Source: Sulfuricurvum sp.
GTDB lineage: Bacteria > Campylobacterota > Campylobacteria > Campylobacterales > Sulfurimonadaceae
Assembly (NCBI GenBank): GCA_011391735.1
Contig: JAABPY010000115.1
Coordinates: 1,291 to 65,290, forward strand
Direction of reading: 5' to 3'
Length of the DNA stretch: 64,000 nt
In this document: positions 1-9,935 of the stretch, one piece after another
Position numbering within the stretch: position 1 is the first letter of the stretch
Layout of the letters: each line of letters starts with the position of its first letter
Program-made: the position numbers and the translations under genes
Notes under the pieces: model-generated
Databases searched by the model: none
Seen by the model: only the letters and a program-made list of their open reading frames with translations
Told to the model about the DNA's origin: nothing

Positions 1-2
1 AT

Positions 3-2399
3 CTTCTCGTGAGAGAGGCTCATACCGTATCGCTTTCTCGTCGATTCAAGGGCACTATAAAGGGAATCTGCTTCGAAATTTCCCATCATCTCAAGGGCAT
101 AATGGGTCGCTAATCCAAACTGTACGGCATCATAATCGTGCGTCATCTCTTCATTCAAAACAAGAACATCCCCTTGGGAACCATACGCGATATGCTTGTA
201 GTCGAAGGGTTGCAAAGGTTCAAGAAGCGCACGGGGGATTATCTCAAATTCTCTCTCTCCCCATCGCCCCACTTCCAAATCTAGCGGCTCAAACCACGAA
301 CTCTTGGATTTGATGATGAGAGTAAGCGATTGAACGGCACGGGTCAATGCCACATACAGCGCATTGAGCTGATCCTCTTTTTCTAATACTTTCTCTTTGA
401 GTAACGCCCTTTGATACACCTCATCAAGCTCTTCACGCCCTTTGATTCGATAAAACATCCGCTCTAAACTCACCCCATTGTATTCATAGACGATACTTTC
501 ACTACGTGAGCGTGCTTGCCCCAAACGATCCAATATAAGAACGTGCTCAAACTCCAACCCTTTGGATTTATGGACAGTCATAATCCGAATCCCGTGCAAA
601 TCACTCTGTGGTGAGGAAGCATCAAGACGCTCAACCTCATACACGACCTCTTCAATATCACGAAAAGCCTTGAGTTTTTCAACAAACATCATCGCACTTT
701 TATCCCCGATGGAGTGTTGGACGATAAACGCAGTTGCTTGCTTTTGAAGATCAAAAATGTTAGCGCGCTCTAGTGCTTCACGCTCACACCCCAATAATGC
801 CGCACAATTATGGGCATAAATCTCTGCACCAAAATAACAATACCGCAAATACTCAATCACGGTACGAACACTGCGCTGATGGATCAGTTTGGAGGTTGCT
901 TCACTGACCACACTGATATGACGCTCTTCCAAATACTCTTGCGCTTTGGTTGCATCGGCGTTCGTCACGCACAAAATTGCCATATCATCCTGCGCAACCC
1001 CCTCACGTTTCAATACCTCAATCTGTTCAAAGAGGGTTTGAAGGGGTTCGTCACTTTGGTGGATTTCAACACACCCCCCACGTTTGGAATCAGGGGAGCG
1101 TTGCGGAATATAGCGATTCATTTTTGCCCCGAAGACACGGTTAACAAATTCGACCACTTCAGCACGAGAACGATAATTGACCTCCAACGGCTTCACTTTG
1201 ACATCAAAATGGTTCGCTACATCATAAAAGAGGGCACTCACACCGCCACGGAAACGGTAAATCGATTGCTTCACATCCCCAACGAAGAAAAAGCTCCCCC
1301 CCTCATTGACCCCTTTGCCAGAGCGTATCTCCTCGATCAACGGGCGCAAAATATCAAACTGTATCGTACTCGTATCTTGAAATTCATCGAGAAGAAGGTG
1401 TTTCATCGTCGAATCAAGACGAAAATAGAGAAATTCACTCTCCAAATTACTCCGTAACAGTTCGTGTACCATGAGGGTAATATCATCAAACGTCAGCTCA
1501 TTATTTTGGGCAATCAATGCTTTTCGACTCTTGATGTAAATCTTCAAAATACGGTGCAATGCCCCTAGAAAATCTGCCTCACGCGCCACCATCTGCTCTT
1601 TGATAACCCCTTGGATCTGATGCAACAAAGCATCCATACGAGGCTCATACACTTTTTTAAAATCCCAATACTCCAACGTCGGTTTGAAAATCCACGATTT
1701 ACTCAAAAGATCCTCATAATCGGCTATGGTCATCGTTTTTTTTGAACGCTCACTAAGAGGTTTTGCAAGCATCAAAGTAGCCAGCTCATTGGCAAGCTCC
1801 ATCGCATGGGTAGTGGGGTTAAACGTGAGGCTTTTTTGAGAAATCTCCAACGCATCAAACTCTTTATGCTTGGCATACAATGAGGACAACAGGTCAAAAA
1901 TATCATCAAGGCGTTTGGCGCTTAAAAGAGAGAGTTGCGTGAGGGTTTCCATCTCCCCTGAAATCTCAATTTCGTGTAAAAATCGTTTGAGAAATTTTTG
2001 TTCATGATGAGACGTTGAGGATTGAAACGTCGGCTGTATCCCTGCATTGAGGGCAAATTTGCGTAAAATCGTCCCAAAAAAGGTATCAATCGTCGAAATC
2101 TTCACATCCGAGCGCAACAGTTTCCACAAAATACGATCCCGCATCCCCACAATCGCTTCAGAAGGCAACCCTGTTATCGTCGCAATCTCAGAGAGTTCCC
2201 CCCGTGTTTCCAAGGAACGCAAGGTTTCGATCACCCGCTCTTTCATCTCATTCGCCGCTTTATTCGTGAAGGTCAGGGCGGTGATTTGGGAAGGCTCTTC
2301 CCCCATAAAGAGCAATCCGAGATAACGAACAACAAGATTAAAAGTTTTACCGCTCCCCGCACTTGCCTCAAAGGCTAAAAAAGGTTCAAAAGTAGACAT
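3..2399 (-). CDS. addA: AddA/RecB-like UvrD-family helicase-nuclease (3' end runs off the window)
   Basis: Manual translation: begins MSTFEPFLAFEASAGSGKTFNLVVRY (Walker A), later IMTVHKSKGLEFEHV and YVALTRA helicase motifs; ATG overlaps the addB stop (TAATG). Confidence 0.92.
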   Translation of the reverse strand, partial: MSTFEPFLAFEASAGSGKTFNLVVRYLGLLFMGEEPSQITALTFTNKAANEMKERVIETLRSLETRGELSEIATITGLPSEAIVGMRDRILWKLLRSDVKISTIDTFFGTILRKFALNAGIQPTFQSSTSHHEQKFLKRFLHEIEISGEMETLTQLSLLSAKRLDDIFDLLSSLYAKHKEFDALEISQKSLTFNPTTHAMELANELATLMLAKPLSERSKKTMTIADYEDLLSKSWIFKPTLEYWDFKKVYEPRMDALLHQIQGVIKEQMVAREADFLGALHRILKIYIKSRKALIAQNNELTFDDITLMVHELLRSNLESEFLYFRLDSTMKHLLLDEFQDTSTIQFDILRPLIEEIRSGKGVNEGGSFFFVGDVKQSIYRFRGGVSALFYDVANHFDVKVKPLEVNYRSRAEVVEFVNRVFGAKMNRYIPQRSPDSKRGGCVEIHQSDEPLQTLFEQIEVLKREGVAQDDMAILCVTNADATKAQEYLEERHISVVSEATSKLIHQRSVRTVIEYLRYCYFGAEIYAHNCAALLGCEREALERANIFDLQKQATAFIVQHSIGDKSAMMFVEKLKAFRDIEEVVYEVERLDASSPQSDLHGIRIMTVHKSKGLEFEHVLILDRLGQARSRSESIVYEYNGVSLERMFYRIKGREELDEVYQRALLKEKVLEKEDQLNALYVALTRAVQSLTLIIKSKSSWFEPLDLEVGRWGEREFEIIPRALLEPLQPFDYKHIAYGSQGDVLVLNEEMTHDYDAVQFGLATHYALEMMGNFEADSLYSALESTRKRYGMSLSHEK

Positions 2400-4735
2400 T
2401 ACAGCTCCCTATCACATAATACAGCGTAGGGGCAATAACGACACGCTTTGAGCTCTTCGCACTGTTCCCACACCCACTCTTTGTAGGATGCCAACCCATG
2501 TAAAATACCTCTAAGCGTCTCTATTTTTGCTTCCAAAAACTGCTCATACACCACTCGACCACTTTTGAGATCATAATAACCGCAACGACTGACACGCCCG
2601 AACTCTTCCGCCAGCAGTGCATAAATCGCCAACTGATAATCAACATCCCCCTCTTTGGGCGGATGATCGGTATCGGCAAAATTGCCCGTTTTATAATCGA
2701 GTACCTCTAACCCCTCGTGCGTAAAATCAATCCGATCAATCCGTCCCCCAAGCGGTATCCCCTCCACCACTTTCGCCCCTGTTTTTTCATGGTAAGCCAC
2801 ACGGATCCCCTCTTCGAACCGCTCCATCTCATTCTCATAAAAAGGGGTGAGTTTTTCAATCCACAGATGTTGAACGTACCGCTGCATGACATCCCCCTCC
2901 TCTTCTTGACTCAATACTTTGACCAATGCTTCTTTGATGGCTTCTACCGAACCATAATGATCCCGCCCCATATAGATCTTTTCCATTGCATTATGGAGAC
3001 GATTACCGATGTCTCGCTCACGGCTTAGATCCTCTTGCAACGCATGATCTTTGATGCGTGCCACGTATTTATAATAAAACTGTCGCTTGCAGGTGAGGAA
3101 ACTTTTCAATCCGCTTGCCGAAAGGCTCTGAGCCGTAAAATCATACGCCCCTGCAAACTCGTGAACCAAACGCTCTTTAAATACAACATGAGGAAAAAGG
3201 ATAGTTCCATAATCAAACATCGCATCACGAGAGGGTATTCCCAATTGCAACAAGAAGCGTGAGGGTATCGTTTCACTGTTTTGGACACACGAAATCGCTA
3301 CTTTTTGGGCACGCTCAAACAACATCCAGTAATAGTGTTTTTGGAGAAACTCCCGATCCATACTTGTGGGCAAATCGGCGAACTGACGGGTTTTCGTATT
3401 GAGAAAAAGATCCTTTTGACTACGATGGGGGACGAATCCTTCATTAAAATCGACAACAATGACCCCATCATACGCAACCCCACGCGTTTCCAACAACCCC
3501 ATCACCGTAATCTTCCCTCCACCCACATCATCAAGGGAACGGCTTTTCAAACGGTTCATAAAAATCTTCAATGCCGACTTGAACTCATACTCCTCTAATG
3601 CGGTTGCAATGGGTTTAAACTTCTCCAGCTCCTCGTCCAAAATCTTCTTCACTTCAAGACGATGAATATCACCACTCACCATCGCAGCCAAACTCTCCAA
3701 ATCATGAAACGAAAACGGCTCATAATAATGCTCTTTAACCCACGTATACAGCTGCTCATTTACCCGCGTCAAACGCGCTTTATTCTCCGCGTTTTGCTCA
3801 CTCATAAAAAGCTCAATCGCATCTATATCACGGATAAAACGCTCCTCCCCAATCGAATGCCCCATCGCAAAGTTAAAATTACCCTCTTCATCAAAAAGAC
3901 GCAAATACGCAACATACTCCTCATCAGGAACCACCACGACAAGTCGCTCAGGGGCAATCCCACTCTCAATCATCATCTGCACATGCGCTTTTACAAATCC
4001 TACTTGTGTTAATCGGTTGTGAAACACCTCACACGTCACATTTTTCAAAGGCTCAATTTTAGACCTCTCCAAAATGACCCGCTCACTCAACGAAAAACGA
4101 TACCGATACCCCACCTCTATTTCCAACGAACACTCCCGCAAACGCTGCGTCATTTTTTCGTTATACACCGTCGCATGGTAGATACACTCCAACGGGACAA
4201 GGGAAGCACACACCTTTAATACTTCAAGCTCATAACGGCTCAAATACCCTTCGATAAAGAGGGTAATCGATTCAAATCCTCTCACATACGGTTCATTGAT
4301 TTCCACCGACGATTTAGAAAAAATCGGGTCACTCCATCCACACAATGCCACGATCTCTTTATAGTTCTTCCACAAATGCCCCAGTATCGTAATATGTTCT
4401 TCATACTCCCCATAGACATCGGCATTTTCCAACGCCTGCAACACCACCATCTCACCACTTAACTCTTCAAAAAAACGAAACAAATAAGTAGAATTTTGGA
4501 TAAACGTAAAAAAATTACGTTCAATATGAAGCTTATCAAACGCCGAAAAATTCGACGCTTCATGAAGGGCTAATAGCCGTAAATCATCATCAGGGGTAGT
4601 AAGTTTTTCACTTTTTATCACCCGATCCAAGAAATCTCCCATCCCCATATACGTCGGCAAAAATCCCTCATTACACCCTTGCAATGTTTCACGAATAGCA
4701 CGAGAGGTGGGGAAAATAATTAGTTTTTTGGTCAT
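2399..4735 (-). CDS. addB: AddB-like PD-(D/E)XK nuclease subunit with Fe-S staple
   Basis: 778 aa; LSASGLKSFLTC, GRIDRID, DYKTG, QLAIY and C-terminal CRYCPYAVLC; directly upstream of addA. Confidence 0.88.
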   Translation of the reverse strand: MTKKLIIFPTSRAIRETLQGCNEGFLPTYMGMGDFLDRVIKSEKLTTPDDDLRLLALHEASNFSAFDKLHIERNFFTFIQNSTYLFRFFEELSGEMVVLQALENADVYGEYEEHITILGHLWKNYKEIVALCGWSDPIFSKSSVEINEPYVRGFESITLFIEGYLSRYELEVLKVCASLVPLECIYHATVYNEKMTQRLRECSLEIEVGYRYRFSLSERVILERSKIEPLKNVTCEVFHNRLTQVGFVKAHVQMMIESGIAPERLVVVVPDEEYVAYLRLFDEEGNFNFAMGHSIGEERFIRDIDAIELFMSEQNAENKARLTRVNEQLYTWVKEHYYEPFSFHDLESLAAMVSGDIHRLEVKKILDEELEKFKPIATALEEYEFKSALKIFMNRLKSRSLDDVGGGKITVMGLLETRGVAYDGVIVVDFNEGFVPHRSQKDLFLNTKTRQFADLPTSMDREFLQKHYYWMLFERAQKVAISCVQNSETIPSRFLLQLGIPSRDAMFDYGTILFPHVVFKERLVHEFAGAYDFTAQSLSASGLKSFLTCKRQFYYKYVARIKDHALQEDLSRERDIGNRLHNAMEKIYMGRDHYGSVEAIKEALVKVLSQEEEGDVMQRYVQHLWIEKLTPFYENEMERFEEGIRVAYHEKTGAKVVEGIPLGGRIDRIDFTHEGLEVLDYKTGNFADTDHPPKEGDVDYQLAIYALLAEEFGRVSRCGYYDLKSGRVVYEQFLEAKIETLRGILHGLASYKEWVWEQCEELKACRYCPYAVLCDREL

Positions 4736-4804
4736 AAATAACCTTTTGTGTGAGAGTTGTTCCCCAAAGCTGTTTGGGGAAGGGTAAAAAAAGAAGTGTG
4801 GGAA

Positions 4805-5320
4805 TTAAAACTCGACCGTTTCAGATTTACGAGTATCCGCTTTGAAGTTATAATAACGTTGCGTATCACCAATAGAAACTTTTGCCATAATATCCCAACG
4901 ACCAGCTTTAGGAAGATCAACAGGACCAAAAGTATAAATGCCATTATTAACAGTAGGCGCAGTTAAATTAAGATCCAATTTCGTTGTGTCAGGACGCGTT
5001 AAAACAACATCTACTTTGGCACCATTAACACTATTATTGGACTTATCGGTAATTTTATAGACAATCACCGTCCCTTTTTCAACAATTTGAGGGGTCAAAA
5101 AAGCAATGGTATATTTTTTATCAAATGCAATTTGTGCGTTAATAATCTCATTAGCATTATCATCATACGTATGGTAACTTTGCATCCCATACTCTGACAT
5201 CTCTACAGGATTATTGATGGCGACCTTAACGGTTGCAACCGAAAAACCAACAACGGCAAGCGTTGAAAGTCCGATTATCCACGGCCATTTTTTACCCGAA
5301 CTTTTATCTATATTATTCAC
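4805..5320 (-). CDS. FixH/CcoH-family cbb3 oxidase assembly protein
   Basis: N-terminal KWPWII TM helix, YtkA-like C-terminus (LTRP...GIY...LPKAGRWDI); at the end of the cco operon. Confidence 0.8.
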   Translation of the reverse strand: MNNIDKSSGKKWPWIIGLSTLAVVGFSVATVKVAINNPVEMSEYGMQSYHTYDDNANEIINAQIAFDKKYTIAFLTPQIVEKGTVIVYKITDKSNNSVNGAKVDVVLTRPDTTKLDLNLTAPTVNNGIYTFGPVDLPKAGRWDIMAKVSIGDTQRYYNFKADTRKSETVEF

Positions 5321-6024
5321 GTATTCTCTCTTTTTTTAAAAAAACGTCTCCACACGTATGTGCCAAGTGCATAAAGAATAATACCGTAAAAAATAAAACG
5401 GATAATATCAATAAAAATTTGACTCCCACTCCCAGCGGATGAGCTTAATGTCTGCCCTCGTGAAACAGCTATTTGTTCCGCAATATCAGCATAACCATTG
5501 TACATCGCCACAGAGTATTTTTTAACAATATCATCCCCCTTGGCACGCTCTGCTAGTATGGGCAAGATCGTCCCTCCACTGTTGGAAAGAAGTTCTTTGA
5601 CTTCATCGTAACTACGAGCAAACATAACAGAACTCACCACTGCACCAATAAAGGTTGCATTGGGACTTAATATTTGTCCTTTATCAAAATCTTTGTACAA
5701 AGACGCTGGGCGTGCAAGAATATCCACTTCATGTTGTAGCTCTACGAAGCTTAAAACAACCGACGAATTATTATTTTCTGCACAAAGTCGCTTTTCCAAA
5801 TCACTAATGGATTCATTATTTTCCAAATCACGAACCATAACAAGATAAAGAGAGACACCCGTCTTGGCTTTTAACTCTTTCCCTATGGATTCAATTTGGT
5901 GTGAAAAATTTGGGTTTTTAACCACATCATCTTTGTATAAAAATTCTGCATGTAACGAAGTAAAAAAGGAGAGGATGAGTGTGAGGGCCGCAAGCCCTCG
6001 TGAGAATCTCAATGTCGACCTCAA
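5317..6024 (-). CDS. TPM-like membrane-anchored protein of the cco operon
   Basis: Signal peptide, ELKAKTGVSLYLVMV TPM-like segment, C-terminal TM helix; overlaps both neighbours. Confidence 0.65.
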   Translation of the reverse strand: MRSTLRFSRGLAALTLILSFFTSLHAEFLYKDDVVKNPNFSHQIESIGKELKAKTGVSLYLVMVRDLENNESISDLEKRLCAENNNSSVVLSFVELQHEVDILARPASLYKDFDKGQILSPNATFIGAVVSSVMFARSYDEVKELLSNSGGTILPILAERAKGDDIVKKYSVAMYNGYADIAEQIAVSRGQTLSSSAGSGSQIFIDIIRFIFYGIILYALGTYVWRRFFKKRENT

Positions 6025-6110
6025 CCGACGTAGAGATGGTTAGCTGTCATAACAGCATAAAGTGTATATGAAGCAGCAATAACAAGTCCCCATGAAATAA
6101 GTTTATCCAT
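6021..6110 (-). CDS. 29-aa single-TM microprotein in the cco operon (MDKLISWGLVIAASYTLYAVMTANHLYVG)
   Basis: Manual translation; AAGGAG RBS; stop overlaps the TTG start of the next gene. Confidence 0.75.
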   Translation of the reverse strand: MDKLISWGLVIAASYTLYAVMTANHLYVG

Positions 6111-6114
6111 AATA

Positions 6115-6327
6115 CTACTCCTTACTTACGTTGACGCGATGAGCAACAGTATTCGTATCAATCATCTTAATGTCTTTTTCGTTTTCAATTTGGTAATAGT
6201 TCGCCGCACTACCTTGTTGCACTTGAATACCCCACACTGTTAATCCAGCGAGGATAGAAAGGAGCAACACCGTTGCGATCAACATACCCGTGATACCGTG
6301 TAATGCAAATATACTACGATTTTCCAT
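6115..6327 (-). CDS. DUF4006-like small membrane protein
   Basis: MENRSIFALHGITGMLIATVLLLSIL; AAGGAG RBS at the ccoP end places the start at 6327. Confidence 0.8.
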   Translation of the reverse strand: MENRSIFALHGITGMLIATVLLLSILAGLTVWGIQVQQGSAANYYQIENEKDIKMIDTNTVAHRVNVSKE

Positions 6328-6337
6328 TATCAGCTCC

Positions 6338-7249
6338 TTATTTGCTAAGATCGGTGACGTATGCACCAAGGGCTTGAACTTGTGCTTCTGTCAAGTTATT
6401 GAATGCAGGCATTGCACCAATTGCACCTTTTTTACCATCTTTGAGTACCGTTGTTACCATAGCAGTATCAAACCCATTGATTTTTGGAGCTACTGATGGC
6501 ATACCCTCACCATTTTCACCGTGACATGTATTACAGGTACCTGCTAAGAATGCCGCTTTTCCTGCTGCATCATCTGCTTTGAAACCAGAGGCTACGTATT
6601 TCGCAACCGCATCAATTTGTGCAGGATCTTGCAACAACATTGGTGGCATACCACCAGGGTAATCAGTTTTGAAGTTATTTCCACCATTGTTGATAACGTG
6701 TTTGACTGATTTCTCATCCAAACGGTGTGTCAAATTGGCAGCTTTACCGTTGATACCGTCCGCTTGTAAACCGTGACACGGTGCACATTGAACGATAAAT
6801 ACTGATCCACCCATCTCTTTAAGGGTTTCAGGATCCATATTTTTGTGTTCCGCTTCGAATTTTACATCATGCGCTTTCACTTCTTCATTGTATTCACCAA
6901 TTTGTGAATACGCATTAACAGGGTATCCTGCAAGAAAATACCACATTGCCCAAACGATTGAACCCAAGAAAATAACCGCCCATCCAAAAGGAAGTTCGTT
7001 TTTATATTCTCCGATTCCGTCCCAATTTTCTTCCGCAAGCTTACCCGTAGCCGTGTCATTTTGCATTTGTCGAACATATTTGGTAACAACGAATGACGTA
7101 ATGATAACAAGAACTACTGCACCTAATACAGCAAGTTTGTTAACCCAGTCACCTTCACCACCCATACCGCCAGCAGAACCGACAGCTACATATGTGAAAC
7201 CAAGCATTGCAATTGTAACTATGATAGCAGCTAATACTGTCTTATTCAT
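6338..7249 (-). CDS. ccoP: cbb3-type cytochrome c oxidase subunit III
   Basis: WDGIGEYKNELPFGW motif; two heme motifs CAPCH and CNTCH. Confidence 0.95.
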   Translation of the reverse strand: MNKTVLAAIIVTIAMLGFTYVAVGSAGGMGGEGDWVNKLAVLGAVVLVIITSFVVTKYVRQMQNDTATGKLAEENWDGIGEYKNELPFGWAVIFLGSIVWAMWYFLAGYPVNAYSQIGEYNEEVKAHDVKFEAEHKNMDPETLKEMGGSVFIVQCAPCHGLQADGINGKAANLTHRLDEKSVKHVINNGGNNFKTDYPGGMPPMLLQDPAQIDAVAKYVASGFKADDAAGKAAFLAGTCNTCHGENGEGMPSVAPKINGFDTAMVTTVLKDGKKGAIGAMPAFNNLTEAQVQALGAYVTDLSK

Positions 7250-7258
7250 CTATGCCTC

Positions 7259-7465
7259 CTACTTTTTTATCTCATCGTTTTTTGAGATCTCCTCGATCGG
7301 CTGATCGGTGATCTCATCGTGCAACGCAATATTGCCATACTTCTCATAATCGCGTGTCCCTTTTTTCTGAGCACTGTAAAGATGATAAACATACGAATAC
7401 AATACCACCACCAAAAAGGCGGTGAAGAAAAAATAGCCATACGCTTGAAACGTTGCAATGTCCAC
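7259..7465 (-). CDS. ccoQ: cbb3-type cytochrome c oxidase subunit IV
   Basis: 68 aa single TM, RDYEKYGNIALHD; between ccoO and ccoP. Confidence 0.9.
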   Translation of the reverse strand: MDIATFQAYGYFFFTAFLVVVLYSYVYHLYSAQKKGTRDYEKYGNIALHDEITDQPIEEISKNDEIKK

Positions 7466-7473
7466 GTAATTCC

Positions 7474-8166
7474 TTATTTTAAGCTGTTAAGGTACGCAAT
7501 AAGCGCTACGATTTCAGGAATAGTACCTGCTGCAACCGCATCTTTAACATCTTGATCTTTCATGTCGGCAGCAATTACTTTTGCTTCTTCAAGAGCTGAT
7601 GCGTGTGCACCCTCAAGTGAATCTGCCAATGCAACCGTTGCTTTTGAACCATCCGCTAGTGGTATCTCTTTATTATAAGGAACCGCAAATACTTTTTGTA
7701 CCGTCAATTGCTCAGCATACGCTGTATCAATATCCGCTGTATTTTTGAACATCCAACCGTATGCTGGCATGATAGAGCCTGGAACAACCGCTGCAGGATC
7801 TTTCATGTGGTTTTCGTGCCAATCGGTTGTACGGTAGTTACCTACACGCATCAAATCAGGCCCTGTACGTTTTGAACCCCAAAGGAATGGACGATCGTAC
7901 GCATATTCTCCACTCAAAGAGTAGTGACCATAACGATCTGTTTCCGATTTAAATGGACGAATCAATTGTGAGTGACATGCGTTACAACTGTTTTTGATGT
8001 ACACATGACGACCTGCAAGTTCTAACGTCGAATAAGGTTTAGTCCCTACGACAGGCTGTGACGCCTGCGCAAAGTTTGGCAAAATCTCAATGAGACCCGC
8101 AAAGGCAATAACAACAAAGACAGCAACCGCAAAAAAGAACGGGCGTTTTTCTAACCAGTGAAACAT
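7474..8166 (-). CDS. ccoO: cbb3-type cytochrome c oxidase subunit II
   Basis: CNACHSQLIRP and LWGSKRTGPDL motifs. Confidence 0.97.
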   Translation of the reverse strand: MFHWLEKRPFFFAVAVFVVIAFAGLIEILPNFAQASQPVVGTKPYSTLELAGRHVYIKNSCNACHSQLIRPFKSETDRYGHYSLSGEYAYDRPFLWGSKRTGPDLMRVGNYRTTDWHENHMKDPAAVVPGSIMPAYGWMFKNTADIDTAYAEQLTVQKVFAVPYNKEIPLADGSKATVALADSLEGAHASALEEAKVIAADMKDQDVKDAVAAGTIPEIVALIAYLNSLK

Positions 8167-8180
8167 TTTCCCCTCCTTAA

Positions 8181-9662
8181 TTATGCGCCCATAGGCGATG
8201 CGTTTTGAAGTTCTGATTCTTCAACACGGCGACCACTTGTCATCGTTTTGTACATATTGTACGCGAACAAGAACATACCAACAAGATACAATGTACCACC
8301 AACTGCACGAATTGTGTAGTATGGGTGCAAGACCGTTACGGTATCGATGAATGAGTACGCTAAGTTACCAAATTCATCATGTGCACGCCACATCATCCCT
8401 TGCGTAATACCTGCAATCCACATAGAGGTGAAATACAAAACAACACCAAGAGTTTGAATCCAAAATTGTGTATTCATCAACGATTTAGAATAAATCTCAC
8501 GTTTAAACACACGTGGAGCCATATGGAACAAGGATGCCATAATCATAAAGGCAACCCATCCAAGAACACCATCATGTACGTGACCAACGATCCAGTCGGT
8601 AAAGTGAGCCAACGCATTAACAGATTTGATCGCTTGAATAGGACCTTCAAGAGTCGAAAACATATAGAATGTTGATGCAAGAATCATAAATTTAATCAAT
8701 GGACTTGCCGCAACTTGTTGCCATTCACCCTTCATGGTCAAAAGCATATTGATCGCTGAACCCCATGATGGGAGAATCAATACAACCGAGAAAACAGAAC
8801 CCATCGTTTGCATCCAATCAGGAACCGTCGAGAACAACAAGTGGTGTCCGCCAGCCCAAAGGTATACAAACATCAATCCCCAGAAAGCAAGCAAAGAGAG
8901 TTTATACGAATAAACCGCTTGACCAGACTCTTTTGGAAGGAAGTAATAAATCATTGCAACGATAGGTACAGTAAACCCAAACGCAACCGCATTATGTCCA
9001 TACCACCATTGTACAAGGGCATCATTGGTTCCTGAATACATCGATACTGAATGGTACCATGCACCAATTCCACCAGACGCAAAATAGGTAGGAATTTCCA
9101 TATTGTTGAAAAGATACAACATAGCAATACCCAAGAACGTAGCAATGTAATACCAAACAGAAATATAAAGTGATTTTTCACGGCGAATACCGATCAAACC
9201 AAAAATTTGAAGACCCCAAATAACCCATACTACTACAATAGCAATATCAATAGGCCATTCAAATTCAGCATACTCTTTTGATGTTGTAATTCCCAATAAA
9301 AGAGAACCAACTACGGCTACAACAACCAATAAGTAAAGTGCAAAGTGCAATTTTCCTAAAGCCATCAAAAACTTTGATTCTGCCATTGAGACTTTAAGGA
9401 CACGTTGCCCAACATAATACCATGTAGCGAAAACACCACTAACGGTAAAACCAAAAATGACTGCATCCGTGTGCAATGGACGAAGACGGCTAAAATTGGT
9501 ATATTCTGCCACTCCTTGACCTGCTATTGTATTTACAGCCGGAAAAGCAAGTTCCCACGCCAAAATAACGCCGACAAGCATCCCGACAATTCCGAGTAAC
9601 ACCGTTGTAAGCATAAACATCTTAGCAACCGTGTAATCATACTCCAATGGACGATTCTCCAT
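8181..9662 (-). CDS. ccoN: cbb3-type cytochrome c oxidase subunit I
   Basis: RLRPLHT, QWWYGHNAV, WAGGHH, GHVH motifs; start at MENRP after AAGGAGG. Confidence 0.97.
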   Translation of the reverse strand: MENRPLEYDYTVAKMFMLTTVLLGIVGMLVGVILAWELAFPAVNTIAGQGVAEYTNFSRLRPLHTDAVIFGFTVSGVFATWYYVGQRVLKVSMAESKFLMALGKLHFALYLLVVVAVVGSLLLGITTSKEYAEFEWPIDIAIVVVWVIWGLQIFGLIGIRREKSLYISVWYYIATFLGIAMLYLFNNMEIPTYFASGGIGAWYHSVSMYSGTNDALVQWWYGHNAVAFGFTVPIVAMIYYFLPKESGQAVYSYKLSLLAFWGLMFVYLWAGGHHLLFSTVPDWMQTMGSVFSVVLILPSWGSAINMLLTMKGEWQQVAASPLIKFMILASTFYMFSTLEGPIQAIKSVNALAHFTDWIVGHVHDGVLGWVAFMIMASLFHMAPRVFKREIYSKSLMNTQFWIQTLGVVLYFTSMWIAGITQGMMWRAHDEFGNLAYSFIDTVTVLHPYYTIRAVGGTLYLVGMFLFAYNMYKTMTSGRRVEESELQNASPMGA

Positions 9663-9896
9663 TAACGACCTCCTTAAAAGATTCAAAGCATAAAAGCCTA
9701 TATTGAACATTCAGAAAAACCCTCGTAATTACAAAGACAGCAGCTTTTCTTAACACAAATGTAACATTCATAGGCTATTAGACACTCTAATGATAGCGAC
9801 GTCTTCTTTTAATAACTCTTAAAAAATTAAATAGATTGGTCGACTGTCATACTTGGTGATATTTTTAAGGTTAACAAAAGAATTAAGGGAAGAAAA

Positions 9897-9923
9897 GTAA
9901 CACCTATTCAATGAAGGTGTTAC
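9897..9923 (-). terminator. Hairpin after carA
   Basis: GTAACACCT-ATTCAATGA-AGGTGTTAC inverted repeat, followed on the minus strand by a T-rich tract. Confidence 0.6.
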
Positions 9924-9935
9924 CAAAAGAAGAAG

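Noticed and set aside
562-2325. Plus-strand ORFs such as 810-1457 (215 aa)
   Set aside because: Antisense shadows of addA, which is missing from the track because it runs off the window.
9663-9710. Longer N-termini in the ORF track for ccoN (also hisZ, dcd, moaE, DUF4006 and the 55.5 kb lipoprotein)
   Set aside because: RBS position and family N-termini support downstream starts.
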